Assembly (NCBI GenBank): GCA_947085095.1
Contig: CAMTVD010000016.1
Coordinates: forward strand, 29,056 to 93,055
Length of the DNA stretch: 64,000 bases
Direction of reading: 5' to 3'
From: an uncultured Thermus sp.
GTDB taxonomy: Bacteria > Deinococcota > Deinococci > Deinococcales > Thermaceae
Shown piece after piece: positions 51,388 to 63,924 of this stretch (within the stretch, counting starts at the first letter, position 1; every line of letters begins with the position of its first letter). The translations under genes and the position numbers were made by a program. Under the pieces are notes generated by a model. The model had not been told where the DNA came from, did not search any database, and saw only the letters and a program-made list of their open reading frames with translations.

Positions 51388-52122
51388 ACCGGTTGGGCCC
51401 CCGGAGGAAGTCCACGGCCACGTACCCCCGGGCGAAGTAGTGGCCGAAGACCCTTTGGCTGTGCTCCCGCCACCTCAGGGCCAGGGCGGGGTCCTCCCTC
51501 AGGATCCGTCCCCAGTCCTCGGGAATCTGGACCAACACCCTTTCCGCCTCCAGGTCCAGCCGGGCCTCCAGGGGCACCTCCCCCTCCACCCGGTTGGCCT
51601 GGGGGAGGCCCGCCACCTCGGCTTCGGGCGAGGGGGCGTAGATGCGGGTGTAAACCCTTGGGGAAAGGAGGTCCCACTCGGCCAGGAGGCGGTCTGAAGG
51701 GGCGCCGGCGTTGATCCCGGACATGGGGCCGTAGTGGTCGGGGAGGTAGGTCCGGCTCGTGGCCCCGAGCTTCCTCAGGTTGAAGTTGGCGTTGGCCCCC
51801 CTCAAGGGGTCAAAGGTCCAGACCACTCTCCGGATACCCCGGCTTAGGCACCAGTCCCGCTGGAAGCGCTTGAGGAGTAGGGCCGCCCCCGTGCCCCGGT
51901 ACTTTTCCAGGACCCCCAGCATGTGGGAGTGCTGGAGGCTAGGGTCCTTGGTGGGGAAGCCGAAGACGAAGCCCACCATCTCCTCCTCCCAAAAGGCCCC
52001 AGCTACCAGCCCCCCCTGGTCCTGAACGGCGATGAGGAGGCCCCTGGGCACCAGGTCGCTTTCCGCCCGGCCCCAGACCTCCCGCTGGAGGTCCACCACC
52101 CTTTCCATCTCTTCCCAGCCCC

Positions 52123-52150
<28 letters not shown>
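51353..52150 (-). CDS. GNAT acyltransferase (D-amino-acid N-succinyltransferase-like)
   Basis: HSHMLGV, WTFDPL..ANA.FNL.KLG, SDRL. Coupled to the NSAR gene. Confidence 0.82.
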
Positions 52151-54763
<2,613 letters not shown>

Positions 54764-54773
54764 GGGGGCTATC

Positions 54774-55517
54774 TTAGCTCAGCCAGTCGGCCAAGGCCCA
54801 GACCAGGGGGGCGAGGAGGAGGGCGGGCAGAAAGGAGGCCACCCGCACCTTGGCGAGGCCCAGGAGGTTGATGCCCACCCCCAGGACCATGAGCCCCCCC
54901 ACCCCGGTGAGGAGGAGGACCCGAGGGTCTTGGACGGGGTCGGGGAGGACCTGGGCCAGGGTGCCCGCCAGGAGGGCCACCCCGCCCTGGTAGAGGAGGA
55001 TGACCAGGACGCTGAAGCCCACGCCGATGCCGAAGGAGCTGGTGAGGGCGATGGCGCTCATCCCGTCCAGGGTGGCCTTGAGGAGGAGGAGGCTCGCGTC
55101 CCCGGTGAGGCCGTTTTGGATGGAGCCCAAAAGGGTCATGGGCCCCACGCAGAAGAGGAGGCTTGCCGCCACGAAGCCCTCGGTGAAGCTTCCCCCGCTC
55201 CGCACCGCCCGCTTGATCTTCTCCCCCAGGCCCTCGAGGGCCTCCTCCACCCGGAGGGCCTCGCCCAAAAGCCCCCCCAGGACCAGGGCGAGGAGGCCCA
55301 GGACCACCCCGTCTACGGCCCCCCCCTTGGCCCTGCCCAGGGCCTGGGCCATGGCCAGGCCGATGAAGAGGGTGGTGAGCCCCACCCCCTGGACCATGAT
55401 GCGGGCCATGCGTTCAGGAAGCCTTCCCCTTAAGGCCAGGCCGAGCCCGGTGCCCAGGGCCACCGTGGCCGCGTTCGCCAGGGTTCCTGAAAGCTTATCC
55501 AAGAGGGTGAGCTCCAT
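54774..55517 (-). CDS. DUF554 family membrane protein
   Basis: GTLAN, FTEGFVAASLLFCVGPM.LLGS, KATLDG, YQG. Confidence 0.88.
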   Translation of the reverse strand: MELTLLDKLSGTLANAATVALGTGLGLALRGRLPERMARIMVQGVGLTTLFIGLAMAQALGRAKGGAVDGVVLGLLALVLGGLLGEALRVEEALEGLGEKIKRAVRSGGSFTEGFVAASLLFCVGPMTLLGSIQNGLTGDASLLLLKATLDGMSAIALTSSFGIGVGFSVLVILLYQGGVALLAGTLAQVLPDPVQDPRVLLLTGVGGLMVLGVGINLLGLAKVRVASFLPALLLAPLVWALADWLS

Positions 55518-55523
55518 GGGGGC

Positions 55524-55530
55524 TATTCTA
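55524..55530. promoter_or_regulatory. Overlapping divergent -10 boxes (TATTCT on +, TAGAAT on -)
   Basis: 6 and 7 nt before the two start codons, in an 18-bp gap. Confidence 0.6.
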
Positions 55531-55535
55531 AAGGG

Positions 55536-56189
55536 GTGGAAGTGCGCCTCACGGAGGACGGCACCCCCACCCTTTTCCACCCCGCCTATGGGGAGGCCTA
55601 CCATCCCAGGCAGGGGGCCCTCCTCCAGGCCCGGAGGCTTTACCTGGAGAAGACCCGCACCCACCTCCACCCGGCCCCCAGGGTCCTGGAGGTGGGCCTG
55701 GGCCTCATGGTGAACTTCCGGGTAACCCTGGAAAGCGCCCTGGCCCGCGGGGTTTTCCTCCGGTACCTGGCGGTGGAAAAGGAGCCTCTCCCCCGGGAGG
55801 CCCTTTCCGCCATCCGCCTCCCCCTGCCCCGGGGGGAGAGGATCTTTGAGGAGATCCTAAAGGCCTGGCCCGGGGAGCGCTTTTGGGGGCCTTGGGGGGG
55901 GCTTCACCTCCTTTTTGGGGACATCCGGGAGGTGGCCCTGCCCTCCAGGTGGGCCACGGCGGTCTTTCTGGACCCCTTCAGCCCCAAGGCCAACCCCGAG
56001 GCCTGGGAAAGGGAGGTGCTCCGCAAGCTTCGCCGAGCCTCGAGGCGGGGCGGGGTCCTCGCCACCTACTCCGCCCAGGGGGCGTTCCGGCGGGCCCTCA
56101 AGGAGGCGGGGTTCCGCCTCCACCGGGTAAGGGGGGTGGGGAAGCGGGAGTGGACGGTGGGAATCGCCGTAGGAGCTCCTCGCGGGTGA
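55536..56189 (+). CDS. Stand-alone MnmC-type (MnmD) tRNA methyltransferase domain
   Basis: TEDG.PTL....YGEAYH..GA..QA, LEVGLG, LDPFSP.ANPE.W, LATYS, GKRE. Confidence 0.85.
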   Translation: MEVRLTEDGTPTLFHPAYGEAYHPRQGALLQARRLYLEKTRTHLHPAPRVLEVGLGLMVNFRVTLESALARGVFLRYLAVEKEPLPREALSAIRLPLPRGERIFEEILKAWPGERFWGPWGGLHLLFGDIREVALPSRWATAVFLDPFSPKANPEAWEREVLRKLRRASRRGGVLATYSAQGAFRRALKEAGFRLHRVRGVGKREWTVGIAVGAPRG

Positions 56190-57279
56190 GGTAGCCCAGC
56201 TGGGCCGTTATGCGCTCCCGCTTGGGTAGCTCCCCCCGATAGAGCCAGAGGAACCAGGCCCCGGCCAGGCTACTCACCAGCCTGGGCCAGGGGGGCAGGG
56301 GCACCATGTGGAAGCCGAAGAGCCTGGCCCCGTGGGCCAGGTGGCTGTAGCCATAGACCAGGGCTACCTCGGGGTCTTGGGCCACCTTCTCGGCCACTTT
56401 CCTCAGGCTCTCCCGGGTCTGGCGGATGGCCTCGAGGGGGCTGAGCTCCATGGCCCGCTGGCTTTCCAGGTGGAGTTCCATGGCCGGGGTGCCCCGGGGA
56501 AGGCCGGGGAGGTCGGGGCCGGGGAAGGGTTTTTTCTCCACCCGGAAGAGGTCAAAGGGCCCCAGGCCCGCCCGCTCCACCCGGTGCTCCTGGTTGTAGC
56601 GCTCCTCAAAACCCTGAAGCCCGCGGATGAGGGCCAGCCGGGGGGTGAGGGGCTTAGGGGCAAGCTCGTCCAGGGTGACGGGTTGGTAACCGAGCCTCAG
56701 CATCCCGGGAAGGGCCAGCTCCAAGAGCTTCAGGGTCCTTTCGGGGCCATCGTGGAGGAGGACCACGCTTCCCGGGCGCAAGTAGTAAAGGAGCCTTTCT
56801 GCCAGGGCTTCGGGGGGGAGGTCCAGCCAGTCCTTGCTCTCCAGGTCCCAAAGGGCCACCCTTTTCCCCAGGAGGCGGGCGAAGGGGCGGGTGAAGGGGG
56901 TGTGGAGGCCGTGGGGGGGACGGTAGTACCGCCCGGGGTTTTGCGCCATGTGCCGCCACTCCACCCAGGGGAGGAGGAGCCTCCAGGCCTGGTGGATCTC
57001 CCCGTGGTCCTCCACCTGGTGGCCCTCCTGGCGGATTCTCTCCACCAGGTGGGGCCGCTTTCTGGCCTCTTCCCCGGTTAGGAAGAAGGTGGCCTTGACC
57101 CCGTGGGCCCGGAGGAGGGAGAGGAGGGCTTCCGTGCGCTCCGAGGGGCCGTCGTCAAAGGTGAGGGCCACTTTGGCCTCCCGGCGGCTTCCCTGGGCGT
57201 AGGCCCCAAGGCCCAGGAAGCGGAAGAGGAGGTCAGAAAGGCCGTAGAGGAGGAGGACAAGACCTAAAGCTAGTTCCAC
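56098..57279 (-). CDS. Polysaccharide deacetylase (NodB) with YkoP-like C-terminal domain
   Basis: ALTFDDGP, ATFF, H...H, YRPPHG, LLHDG. C-terminal ELHL domain. Confidence 0.85.
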   Translation of the reverse strand: MELALGLVLLLYGLSDLLFRFLGLGAYAQGSRREAKVALTFDDGPSERTEALLSLLRAHGVKATFFLTGEEARKRPHLVERIRQEGHQVEDHGEIHQAWRLLLPWVEWRHMAQNPGRYYRPPHGLHTPFTRPFARLLGKRVALWDLESKDWLDLPPEALAERLLYYLRPGSVVLLHDGPERTLKLLELALPGMLRLGYQPVTLDELAPKPLTPRLALIRGLQGFEERYNQEHRVERAGLGPFDLFRVEKKPFPGPDLPGLPRGTPAMELHLESQRAMELSPLEAIRQTRESLRKVAEKVAQDPEVALVYGYSHLAHGARLFGFHMVPLPPWPRLVSSLAGAWFLWLYRGELPKRERITAQLGYLTREELLRRFPPSTPASPPPLPGGGGTPPP

Positions 57280-58436
57280 CTGCCCCTCCCGAAAACGAGG
57301 GCGTAAAAGAGGCTAAGCCCCAGGAAGATGCCCCCCCCCGCCAGGAAGGGGGCATGGAGGCCGAAGGCCTCCCACAGGGCCCCTCCCGCCACAGGCCCCA
57401 GGGCCACGCCCAGCCCCTCCACGGTCATCAGGCTACCCCAGATGGCCGCCCGGTTCTCCTGGGGCAGGTTTTTGGCCAAAAAGCCATTCCATCCCGGCAT
57501 GAAGAGGCTGAAGCCCAGGCCCGCCACCACGGCCAGGAGGAAGACCTCTTCCAAAGGGGGAGCCTGGGCTAGGCGGAGCATGACCAAGCCCAAAAGGGCC
57601 AGGCCCAGGACCAGGGCCAGGCGGTACCCCTTGCGGTCCACCAGCCTTCCCGTCAGGGGCAGGAGGCCGAAGGCCAGACTCCCTCCCAAGAGGATGATGC
57701 CTCCCAGCCCGATGGGCTCGAGGCCCAGGCTCTCCTTGGCGAAGCGGAGTAGAAAGAGGGAGACCAAGGCGGGGGCGAAGGTCTGGCCGAAGGCGGCGGG
57801 CAGGAAGAGGAGGAGGCGGGAAAGGGGGTAGCGCTCCCGGGTCTTGGGGGGCACGGGGATGCGGAAGCGGAGGAGGCTTAGGGCCAGGGCCAAGGCCGTC
57901 CCCTGGGCGAAAAGGAGCACGGTGAGGCCCGCCTCCGGGTGGCGGGCGGCCACCTGCCCCACCCCCACCAGACCGATCCCCACCCAGGGCAGGACCAGGG
58001 TGAGGGTGAAAGAAAGGGCCCGGGCCTCCCTTCCCGGCACGGCGATGCGGCTGGCGTAGGTCATGAGCCCCGGGTATAGAGGGGACATGAAAAGCCCCCA
58101 AAGCAAGCCTAGGGTCCATAAGACCCAGGCTGCTTGAGCCCAAGGGGTGAGGAGGAGGGACAAAAGGCCCACGGAGGCCGCCATACTCAGGGCCAAGCCG
58201 AAGCCTATCCGCTCTGCCAGGAGGCCTCCCGGGCTCTTGGAAAGGTGATCGGCAAGATGGTGCAGGGTATAGGCCAAGGTGAAGATGGCAGGGCCCAGAT
58301 GGAGCGTATCCGGGGCGTAAAAGGGCAGGAAGCCGGCGAAGTACCCGCTCCGCACCCCTTCCATCAGGCCCACGGCCAGGATGAGGCGGACGAGAGGGGA
58401 CAAGCCGTCCCGGGCCCACGGCAGGTAGCGAAACAC
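57270..58436 (-). CDS. MFS transporter (LtaA-like)
   Basis: About 12 hydrophobic segments; LMEGVR, H.LAD, PGWN, WG...TVEGLG...GP. Confidence 0.8.
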   Translation of the reverse strand: MFRYLPWARDGLSPLVRLILAVGLMEGVRSGYFAGFLPFYAPDTLHLGPAIFTLAYTLHHLADHLSKSPGGLLAERIGFGLALSMAASVGLLSLLLTPWAQAAWVLWTLGLLWGLFMSPLYPGLMTYASRIAVPGREARALSFTLTLVLPWVGIGLVGVGQVAARHPEAGLTVLLFAQGTALALALSLLRFRIPVPPKTRERYPLSRLLLFLPAAFGQTFAPALVSLFLLRFAKESLGLEPIGLGGIILLGGSLAFGLLPLTGRLVDRKGYRLALVLGLALLGLVMLRLAQAPPLEEVFLLAVVAGLGFSLFMPGWNGFLAKNLPQENRAAIWGSLMTVEGLGVALGPVAGGALWEAFGLHAPFLAGGGIFLGLSLFYALVFGRGRWN

Positions 58437-58438
58437 GC

Positions 58439-58447
58439 TAAAGTATA
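58439..58447. promoter_or_regulatory. Overlapping divergent -10 boxes (TAAAGT on +, TATACT on -)
   Basis: 14-bp gap between two GTG starts. Confidence 0.55.
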
Positions 58448-58450
58448 CCC

Positions 58451-59134
58451 GTGCGCATCAGCGTGGTGATCCCCGCCCACAACGAGGAAGCCTACCTGCC
58501 GGGGGTTCTCAGGGCACTGGCGGCCCAGTCCCTAAAGCCCTTGGAGGTGATCGTGGTGGACAACGCCTCCACCGACCGCACCCGGGAGGTGGCCGAGGCC
58601 CACGGGGCCCGGGTGGTGCTCTGCGCCAGGAAGGGGGTGGCCTTCGCCCGGCAAGCGGGGCTTCTTTTGGCCCGGGGGGAGTGGGTGGCCATGACCGATG
58701 CCGACTCGTTGCCCACGGAGCGCTGGCTGGAGCGGCTGGCCGCGCGGGCGGAGGGGGCGGTGGCCCTCTACGGCCCCCTCCGCTTTTATGGGGTTTCCCC
58801 CCTCGAGGCCGCCTTTTCCGAGTGGGGCTACCGGGCTTTTCTCAACTTGATGGCCCTCCTGGGGCGGCCCAACCTGGCGGGGGCCAACATGATGCTTCTG
58901 AAGGAGGCGGCCCTCCGGGTGGGGGGGTTTCCCGAGGTGGAGGCCCGGGAGGACGTGCTTCTGGGCTGGAAGCTAAGGCGTCTTGGCCTTGTGCGCTACG
59001 TGCCAGATGCCTTGGTCCTCACCTCGGCCCGAAGGCTCAAGGGGGGCTGGGGGCCTTTTCTCCTAAGGCAGGCTAGAAACCTTTTGGGCGATCCTCGAGG
59101 TTACTTCGGGGGAGGCGGGGAAAGGGAAAGATAA
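58451..59134 (+). CDS. Glycosyltransferase family 2
   Basis: [29 protein letters not shown]. Confidence 0.92.
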   Translation: MRISVVIPAHNEEAYLPGVLRALAAQSLKPLEVIVVDNASTDRTREVAEAHGARVVLCARKGVAFARQAGLLLARGEWVAMTDADSLPTERWLERLAARAEGAVALYGPLRFYGVSPLEAAFSEWGYRAFLNLMALLGRPNLAGANMMLLKEAALRVGGFPEVEAREDVLLGWKLRRLGLVRYVPDALVLTSARRLKGGWGPFLLRQARNLLGDPRGYFGGGGERER

Positions 59135-60287
59135 GCCTCTTGGGCTCGGCGCGAAGGATTTCGTTGGCCTCGTCGTACACCGCCACAATCCTTTCCGCAA
59201 TCCGCTCCGCTGAGCGCTCTAGGGCCCAAGCCCGGGCCTGGAGGCTGAAGCGCTGCCGCTTTTCCTCGTCCCGAAGGAGCTCCAAGGCTTTATTCGCCAA
59301 GGCTTTGTCGTCCCCCGGGGGCACCAGGTACCCGGTCTTTCCCTCCTCTACCCCTTCTAAGGTCCCTTCCGCTCCCACCGCCACCACCGGCACCCCCATG
59401 GCCTGGGCCTCCCAGATGACCAGGCCCTGGGTTTCCGTCTCGCTGGCGAAGAGGAAGAGCTCGGCCAGGCGGTAGTAGCCGCCGATCCTTCGGTAAGGCA
59501 CAGGGCCCAGAAAGCGCACCCTATCGGCGATGCCCAGCTGGTGCGCCAGGGCCTGGAGGTGGGGAAGCTCCGGTCCCTCCCCAATGTGCACCAGGAAGAC
59601 CTCGGCTTCCTTGGCCATCTCCGCCACGGCCCTTAGGACCACGTCAAAGCTCTTTTCCTTTCCCAGCCGGCCCACGGTGATAAGGCGCCTCTTCCCCTCC
59701 GGCCAGGGGGAAGGGGAGGGGAGAGGGGCCTCTTCCAAAAGGCGGTTGTCAATCCCTGTGGGAATCACCCGGATGGGCCTTTCTATCCCGTAACTTTCCG
59801 CCAGGCGCTTCACCGGCTCCGTGGGGGCGATGACCACCTCCACCCGGTTGTAAAAGGCCTTGGCCAGGCGGGGCACGATGCCCGTGTACTTGTCCAAAAA
59901 GGCTAGGCCGGGCACATAGTGGGCGTACTTCTCGTAGTGGGTGTGGAAGGTGGAGACGTGGGGCAGGCTCTTGTTGCGGGCAAGCCTTAGGCCCCAGACC
60001 CCGAGGGTCAGGGGGGTGTGGGTGTGGATGATTTCAAACTCCGTGGGCAGGTACCGGGCCGAGGGCAGAGCGATCTGCTGCCCCTCGTAAAAGGGGTAGG
60101 CCACGGAGGGGACCCGCGCCACTCCCTCCTCGTTTTCCGGGGCCTCGGGGTGGGCTGGGGCCAGGACCCAGGCCTCGTGCCCCATGCGTCGGAGTTCCCT
60201 TAGGAGGAGGTAGACGCTGGTGGTGACCCCATTGGGGTTGGGGAAGTAGACATCGGTGAAGAGACCCACGCGGTAAAGGCGCATCAT
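59073..60287 (-). CDS. Glycosyltransferase family 4 (diacylglycerol glucosyltransferase-like)
   Basis: [44 protein letters not shown]. Confidence 0.9.
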   Translation of the reverse strand: MMRLYRVGLFTDVYFPNPNGVTTSVYLLLRELRRMGHEAWVLAPAHPEAPENEEGVARVPSVAYPFYEGQQIALPSARYLPTEFEIIHTHTPLTLGVWGLRLARNKSLPHVSTFHTHYEKYAHYVPGLAFLDKYTGIVPRLAKAFYNRVEVVIAPTEPVKRLAESYGIERPIRVIPTGIDNRLLEEAPLPSPSPWPEGKRRLITVGRLGKEKSFDVVLRAVAEMAKEAEVFLVHIGEGPELPHLQALAHQLGIADRVRFLGPVPYRRIGGYYRLAELFLFASETETQGLVIWEAQAMGVPVVAVGAEGTLEGVEEGKTGYLVPPGDDKALANKALELLRDEEKRQRFSLQARAWALERSAERIAERIVAVYDEANEILRAEPKRLIFPFPRLPRSNLEDRPKGF

Positions 60288-60294
60288 CGGTAGT

Positions 60295-61359
60295 TTACTC
60301 GAGCGTTTGGTGGAGGAGTTTGGCTAGGGCCTCGGCGCTGTGTTGGGCGGTGCGCTCGCGAAGGATGCGTGCCCTCCCGTTTGCCCCCATGACGTGGGCC
60401 TCCTCGGGGTGCGCCATGAGCCATCGTACGGCTTCTGATAGGCGCTTAGGGTCTGGGGGTATAAGGAGCCCTTCGCGCGGGGAGATAACCTCTGCCTGGG
60501 GGGGAAAGGGACTTGTGACGACGGGGATTCCAGAGGCCATGCCCTCTAGAATCACAAGGCCGGGGTTGTCCCCAAGCGTTGGGAACAAAACCGCGTTGGA
60601 AGCCCGGTAGAGGTCGGCGATATCCCACCGGTTCTTCAAGAAGCGAACGTTGGTCAAGCCCATGTAGCGGGCGAGGCTGGGGTAAAGCCGGGCTAGGTTT
60701 CCGGCCCCCACTAGCACGAAGTCCGCTTGGGGGGTAAAACGAGCCACTCGTAGGATAGACCAGTGGTTCTTTTCCAAGGTGAAGCGTGCGGGGGTTAGGA
60801 GGGTGAAGCGCGTAAAACCGAACTTTTTCCGCAGATTTTCGCGCTCCTGGGGTTCTGCTGGTCTGAATCGGAGGTGATTTACTCCTACCGGAACAACGTC
60901 CGCCTGGAGGTTGAAGTTTTGCTTCAAAAATTGGGCGGCCCACTGGGTGCCCACGAGGATTCTGCTGGCCCACCGGATCTTGCTTGCCTTTGTCAGATTG
61001 TAAACTTGTTTGTAAAGGGCCTTTAGACCAAAAGGATAGTGGTATTCCAGCTGGTCGTGTATATAAACCACGTTGGGTCTTGGCAGTCTCTTTAAAAGCC
61101 TATAGGTGCCCGGGAACCAAGCCTGCAACACCCGGATTGGGAATCTACCCGCATTCGCTAAGTCATCTAAGTTCTTGTAACGATAGCAGGCTACACCGGC
61201 GTGGGCCAGGCGGAGGCCAAGTTCGTCTAATGAGGGCTCGTTTCGGAGAAACACGGTGGGTTTGATGCCAAAACGGGGTAGGAGGGGCAGGGTTTCCAGG
61301 AGCCAGATTTCGCTTCCGGCTACCCGAGGTGCATCCGTGATGAAGGCCACTTCAAGCAT
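60295..61359 (-). CDS. Glycosyltransferase family 4
   Basis: AGSE, PARFTLEKNH, FPTLGDNPGLVILEGMASG. Paralogous to the upstream GT4. Confidence 0.88.
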   Translation of the reverse strand: MLEVAFITDAPRVAGSEIWLLETLPLLPRFGIKPTVFLRNEPSLDELGLRLAHAGVACYRYKNLDDLANAGRFPIRVLQAWFPGTYRLLKRLPRPNVVYIHDQLEYHYPFGLKALYKQVYNLTKASKIRWASRILVGTQWAAQFLKQNFNLQADVVPVGVNHLRFRPAEPQERENLRKKFGFTRFTLLTPARFTLEKNHWSILRVARFTPQADFVLVGAGNLARLYPSLARYMGLTNVRFLKNRWDIADLYRASNAVLFPTLGDNPGLVILEGMASGIPVVTSPFPPQAEVISPREGLLIPPDPKRLSEAVRWLMAHPEEAHVMGANGRARILRERTAQHSAEALAKLLHQTLE

Positions 61360-61360
61360 C

Positions 61361-62407
61361 TTAGGCCCTGCCCAAGGCCCTGACCAGGGCCTCCGCACTC
61401 GCATTGAGCGTGTGGTGCTCGAGCACGAAACCGTGGGCCAGCTTACCCATGGCCTTTCCTCTCTTTAAGGCTTCGCTTAGTGCGCGGGCGAGAAGGGAGG
61501 GTCTAGGGGATACGAGGAGGCCAGTGACACCGTTTTGGATAAGCTCCTCTTGGGCCGGGATGGGGGTGGTGACCACGGGTAGGCCGGAGGCCATGGCCTC
61601 CAGGGTGGCCAGGGACTGGTTCTCCCCCAGGGTTGGGAGGAGGACGGCGTCCACGGCTCGGTAGAGCTCGGGCATATCCTCTCGCCTTCCCAGGAAACGC
61701 ACGTTCCGAAGGCGCAAAACTTGCGCCGTTTTCCGCCAAATCCCCTCCAGCTCGCCCGTTCCCACCAGGAGGAAGTCTACCTCAGGGAGAAGCCTGGCGG
61801 TAAGGAGGACAGCCAGGTGATTCTTTTCCGGGCTCATGCGGGCGGGGACGAGGACGGCGTGCCGGTTCAGCCCGTATTGGGCCCGCAGGGCCTCCTTCTC
61901 ACCGGGGGCGGGCGGGCGGAAGCGCTCCGTGTCCACGCCGTTGGGCACTGCAAAGACCTTTTCCACTCCGTGGACCTCTCTTAGCCACCGGGCGGCCCAG
62001 CGGGAGACGGTGATAACCGCTTCTGCCCGCCTGAGGTTGGGCACCTGGAGAAGGCGGTAGCCTAGGCGGTAGAGGTAGCGGCCCCCGAGAGGATAGAAGA
62101 TTTCTATTTGGTCGTGGATTAGGAGGATAAGGCGAGGGTACCGGGCAAAGAAGGCCCCGTAGCTCTGGGGATACCAAGCCGAGGCCACCACTTGATCAAA
62201 CCCCTGCGGCAACTCGGCCAAGTCCCGGTAGGCGTGGACGGAGATTCCCTGGGCCTGAAGGGCCTCTCGGATGGGCCGGTTGCCCTCCGTTAGGGGCAGG
62301 GCGGCCTCGGGATTAAGGCCGAGGCTTTTCAGGCGGGGAAGCATCTCCCCAAGATAGACCTCGCTCCCACCGATGCGCTTAGCGTCGGTTAGGAAGAGAA
62401 CCCTCAC
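61361..62407 (-). CDS. Glycosyltransferase family 4
   Basis: IGGSE, VPNGVD, PARMSPEKNH, ENQSLATLEAMASG. Confidence 0.9.
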   Translation of the reverse strand: MRVLFLTDAKRIGGSEVYLGEMLPRLKSLGLNPEAALPLTEGNRPIREALQAQGISVHAYRDLAELPQGFDQVVASAWYPQSYGAFFARYPRLILLIHDQIEIFYPLGGRYLYRLGYRLLQVPNLRRAEAVITVSRWAARWLREVHGVEKVFAVPNGVDTERFRPPAPGEKEALRAQYGLNRHAVLVPARMSPEKNHLAVLLTARLLPEVDFLLVGTGELEGIWRKTAQVLRLRNVRFLGRREDMPELYRAVDAVLLPTLGENQSLATLEAMASGLPVVTTPIPAQEELIQNGVTGLLVSPRPSLLARALSEALKRGKAMGKLAHGFVLEHHTLNASAEALVRALGRA

Positions 62408-62982
62408 AGGACCTCCAAGGCCATCGCCACCGCCTTGGCCTGCTCCTTGAGGGGCACGTAGGGGCCGCCCCTTTCCAGGGCGAGGGTTTCGTCGGGAGGA
62501 AGGTGGATGAAGCCCACGGGGGTCTCTTCCGGCAAGTGATAGAGGGAGAGGTAGAAGACCTGGTTGCAGAGGTAGCTTCCCGCCGAGAGGCTTTGGCTTG
62601 CGGGGATACCCGCCTCCCGCCAGCGCCTGAGAACCTCTTTCACGGGAAAGCGGGCGGGAAGGGCCAGGGGGCCTTCGGGTACCACGGGGGCGTCTTCCAC
62701 CCTCCTTCCCCGGTTGTCGGGGCGCTCAAAGTCCAGGAGGTTCACCGCCAGGCGCTCCAGGGAAAGGAGGGGCCTCCGTTCCGCCAGGCCTAAGTGCAGG
62801 ACAGCCTCCGGCCCCTCCCTATAGAGCTCGGCAAGGGTCTTTGCTACCTTTCCCGTGTCCACAGGGAGGAGGGCTTTACGGAGGGGCCTTCCCTTGACCC
62901 GTTCCGGGAGCAGGGCGAGAAGGGCCTGAGAGGGGTTGTGGGTCAGGCCCCCAAAGGGTTCAAAGCCGGTGACCAGGACCAT
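62404..62982 (-). CDS. pcp: Pyroglutamyl-peptidase I
   Basis: VTGFEPFGG..HNPS, LER.AVN, SAGSYLCN, GFIHLP. Confidence 0.95.
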   Translation of the reverse strand: MVLVTGFEPFGGLTHNPSQALLALLPERVKGRPLRKALLPVDTGKVAKTLAELYREGPEAVLHLGLAERRPLLSLERLAVNLLDFERPDNRGRRVEDAPVVPEGPLALPARFPVKEVLRRWREAGIPASQSLSAGSYLCNQVFYLSLYHLPEETPVGFIHLPPDETLALERGGPYVPLKEQAKAVAMALEVL

Positions 62983-63033
62983 GCCCCTGCCATTATAGGG
63001 GGGTTGCCTTTGACCTGGTATAAGATGGGGGGC

Positions 63034-63924
63034 GTGGACCTAGGTCTTGTGACCGACTCTGCCTCGGACCTCTCCCCCAAAGTGCTCCAGGACGAAGCCG
63101 TAGGCCTGGTGCCGGTCTATGTGCATGTGGGGGGCAGGAGGTACAAGGACTGGCAAGAGCTCACCCCGGACGCCCTCTACCAGGCCATACGGGCGGGGGC
63201 CGAACCCGTCACCGAGCCCCCCAGTGTGGAAGACTTCGCCGAGGTCTACGAGCGTCACCTTAAGGTGTACGACCGTATCCTCTCCATTCACGTTTCCGGG
63301 GAACTCTCCAAGACCGTGGACAGAGCCCGGCAGGCCGCTCTACAGGTGGCTCCCACCCGGATTCGGGTGGTGGACTCGGGAATGGTTTCTGCGGGGCTGG
63401 GGGCCATGGTCCTGAGGGCGGTGGAGATGTTGAAGCGAGGAGCGGAGGAGGAAGAGGTGGTGCGGGAGATGGAGAGGATGAAGCGCTCCAGCCTGTACTT
63501 TAGCGTGGCCGACCTCTCCCACCTGGCCCGGAACGGGCGGCTTCCCCGGTTTGGGGAGGTGGTGGGGAACCTCCTGGGCCTCCGCCCCATTTTGCGCATT
63601 GAGAAGGGGCACATCCGCTTCCTCAAGGTGGCCCGGGAAAACGCCGTGCCCGAGGCCTTGGCTGGCCTGGTCCTGGGGGAGTTCCGGGGGCGCACTGCCC
63701 GCATCACCATCGCCCACACCGACGCCAGGAGCGAGTGGTTGGATAGCCTAAAGCGGAACCTAGAAAGTGCTTTGCGCCTGGAGCGGGGCCGCATCACCCG
63801 CTCGGGGGCCACCATCGCCGCCAACGTGGGCCTGGGGGCTTTGGCGGTGCACGCCTATGCGCTAAGTGCCAACCCCTTATCATGTCAACATGGCAGCCCC
63901 TCTTCAGATCCAGCTGACCCCTGA
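63034..63924 (+). CDS. DegV/FakB fatty-acid-binding protein, with C-terminus altered by an IS insertion
   Basis: VTDSASDL, IHVS.ELS.T, VVDS, L.RNGR, IAH, GATIAANVGLGALAV. After ...VHAY the frame runs into IS sequence. Confidence 0.88.
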   Translation: MDLGLVTDSASDLSPKVLQDEAVGLVPVYVHVGGRRYKDWQELTPDALYQAIRAGAEPVTEPPSVEDFAEVYERHLKVYDRILSIHVSGELSKTVDRARQAALQVAPTRIRVVDSGMVSAGLGAMVLRAVEMLKRGAEEEEVVREMERMKRSSLYFSVADLSHLARNGRLPRFGEVVGNLLGLRPILRIEKGHIRFLKVARENAVPEALAGLVLGEFRGRTARITIAHTDARSEWLDSLKRNLESALRLERGRITRSGATIAANVGLGALAVHAYALSANPLSCQHGSPSSDPADP

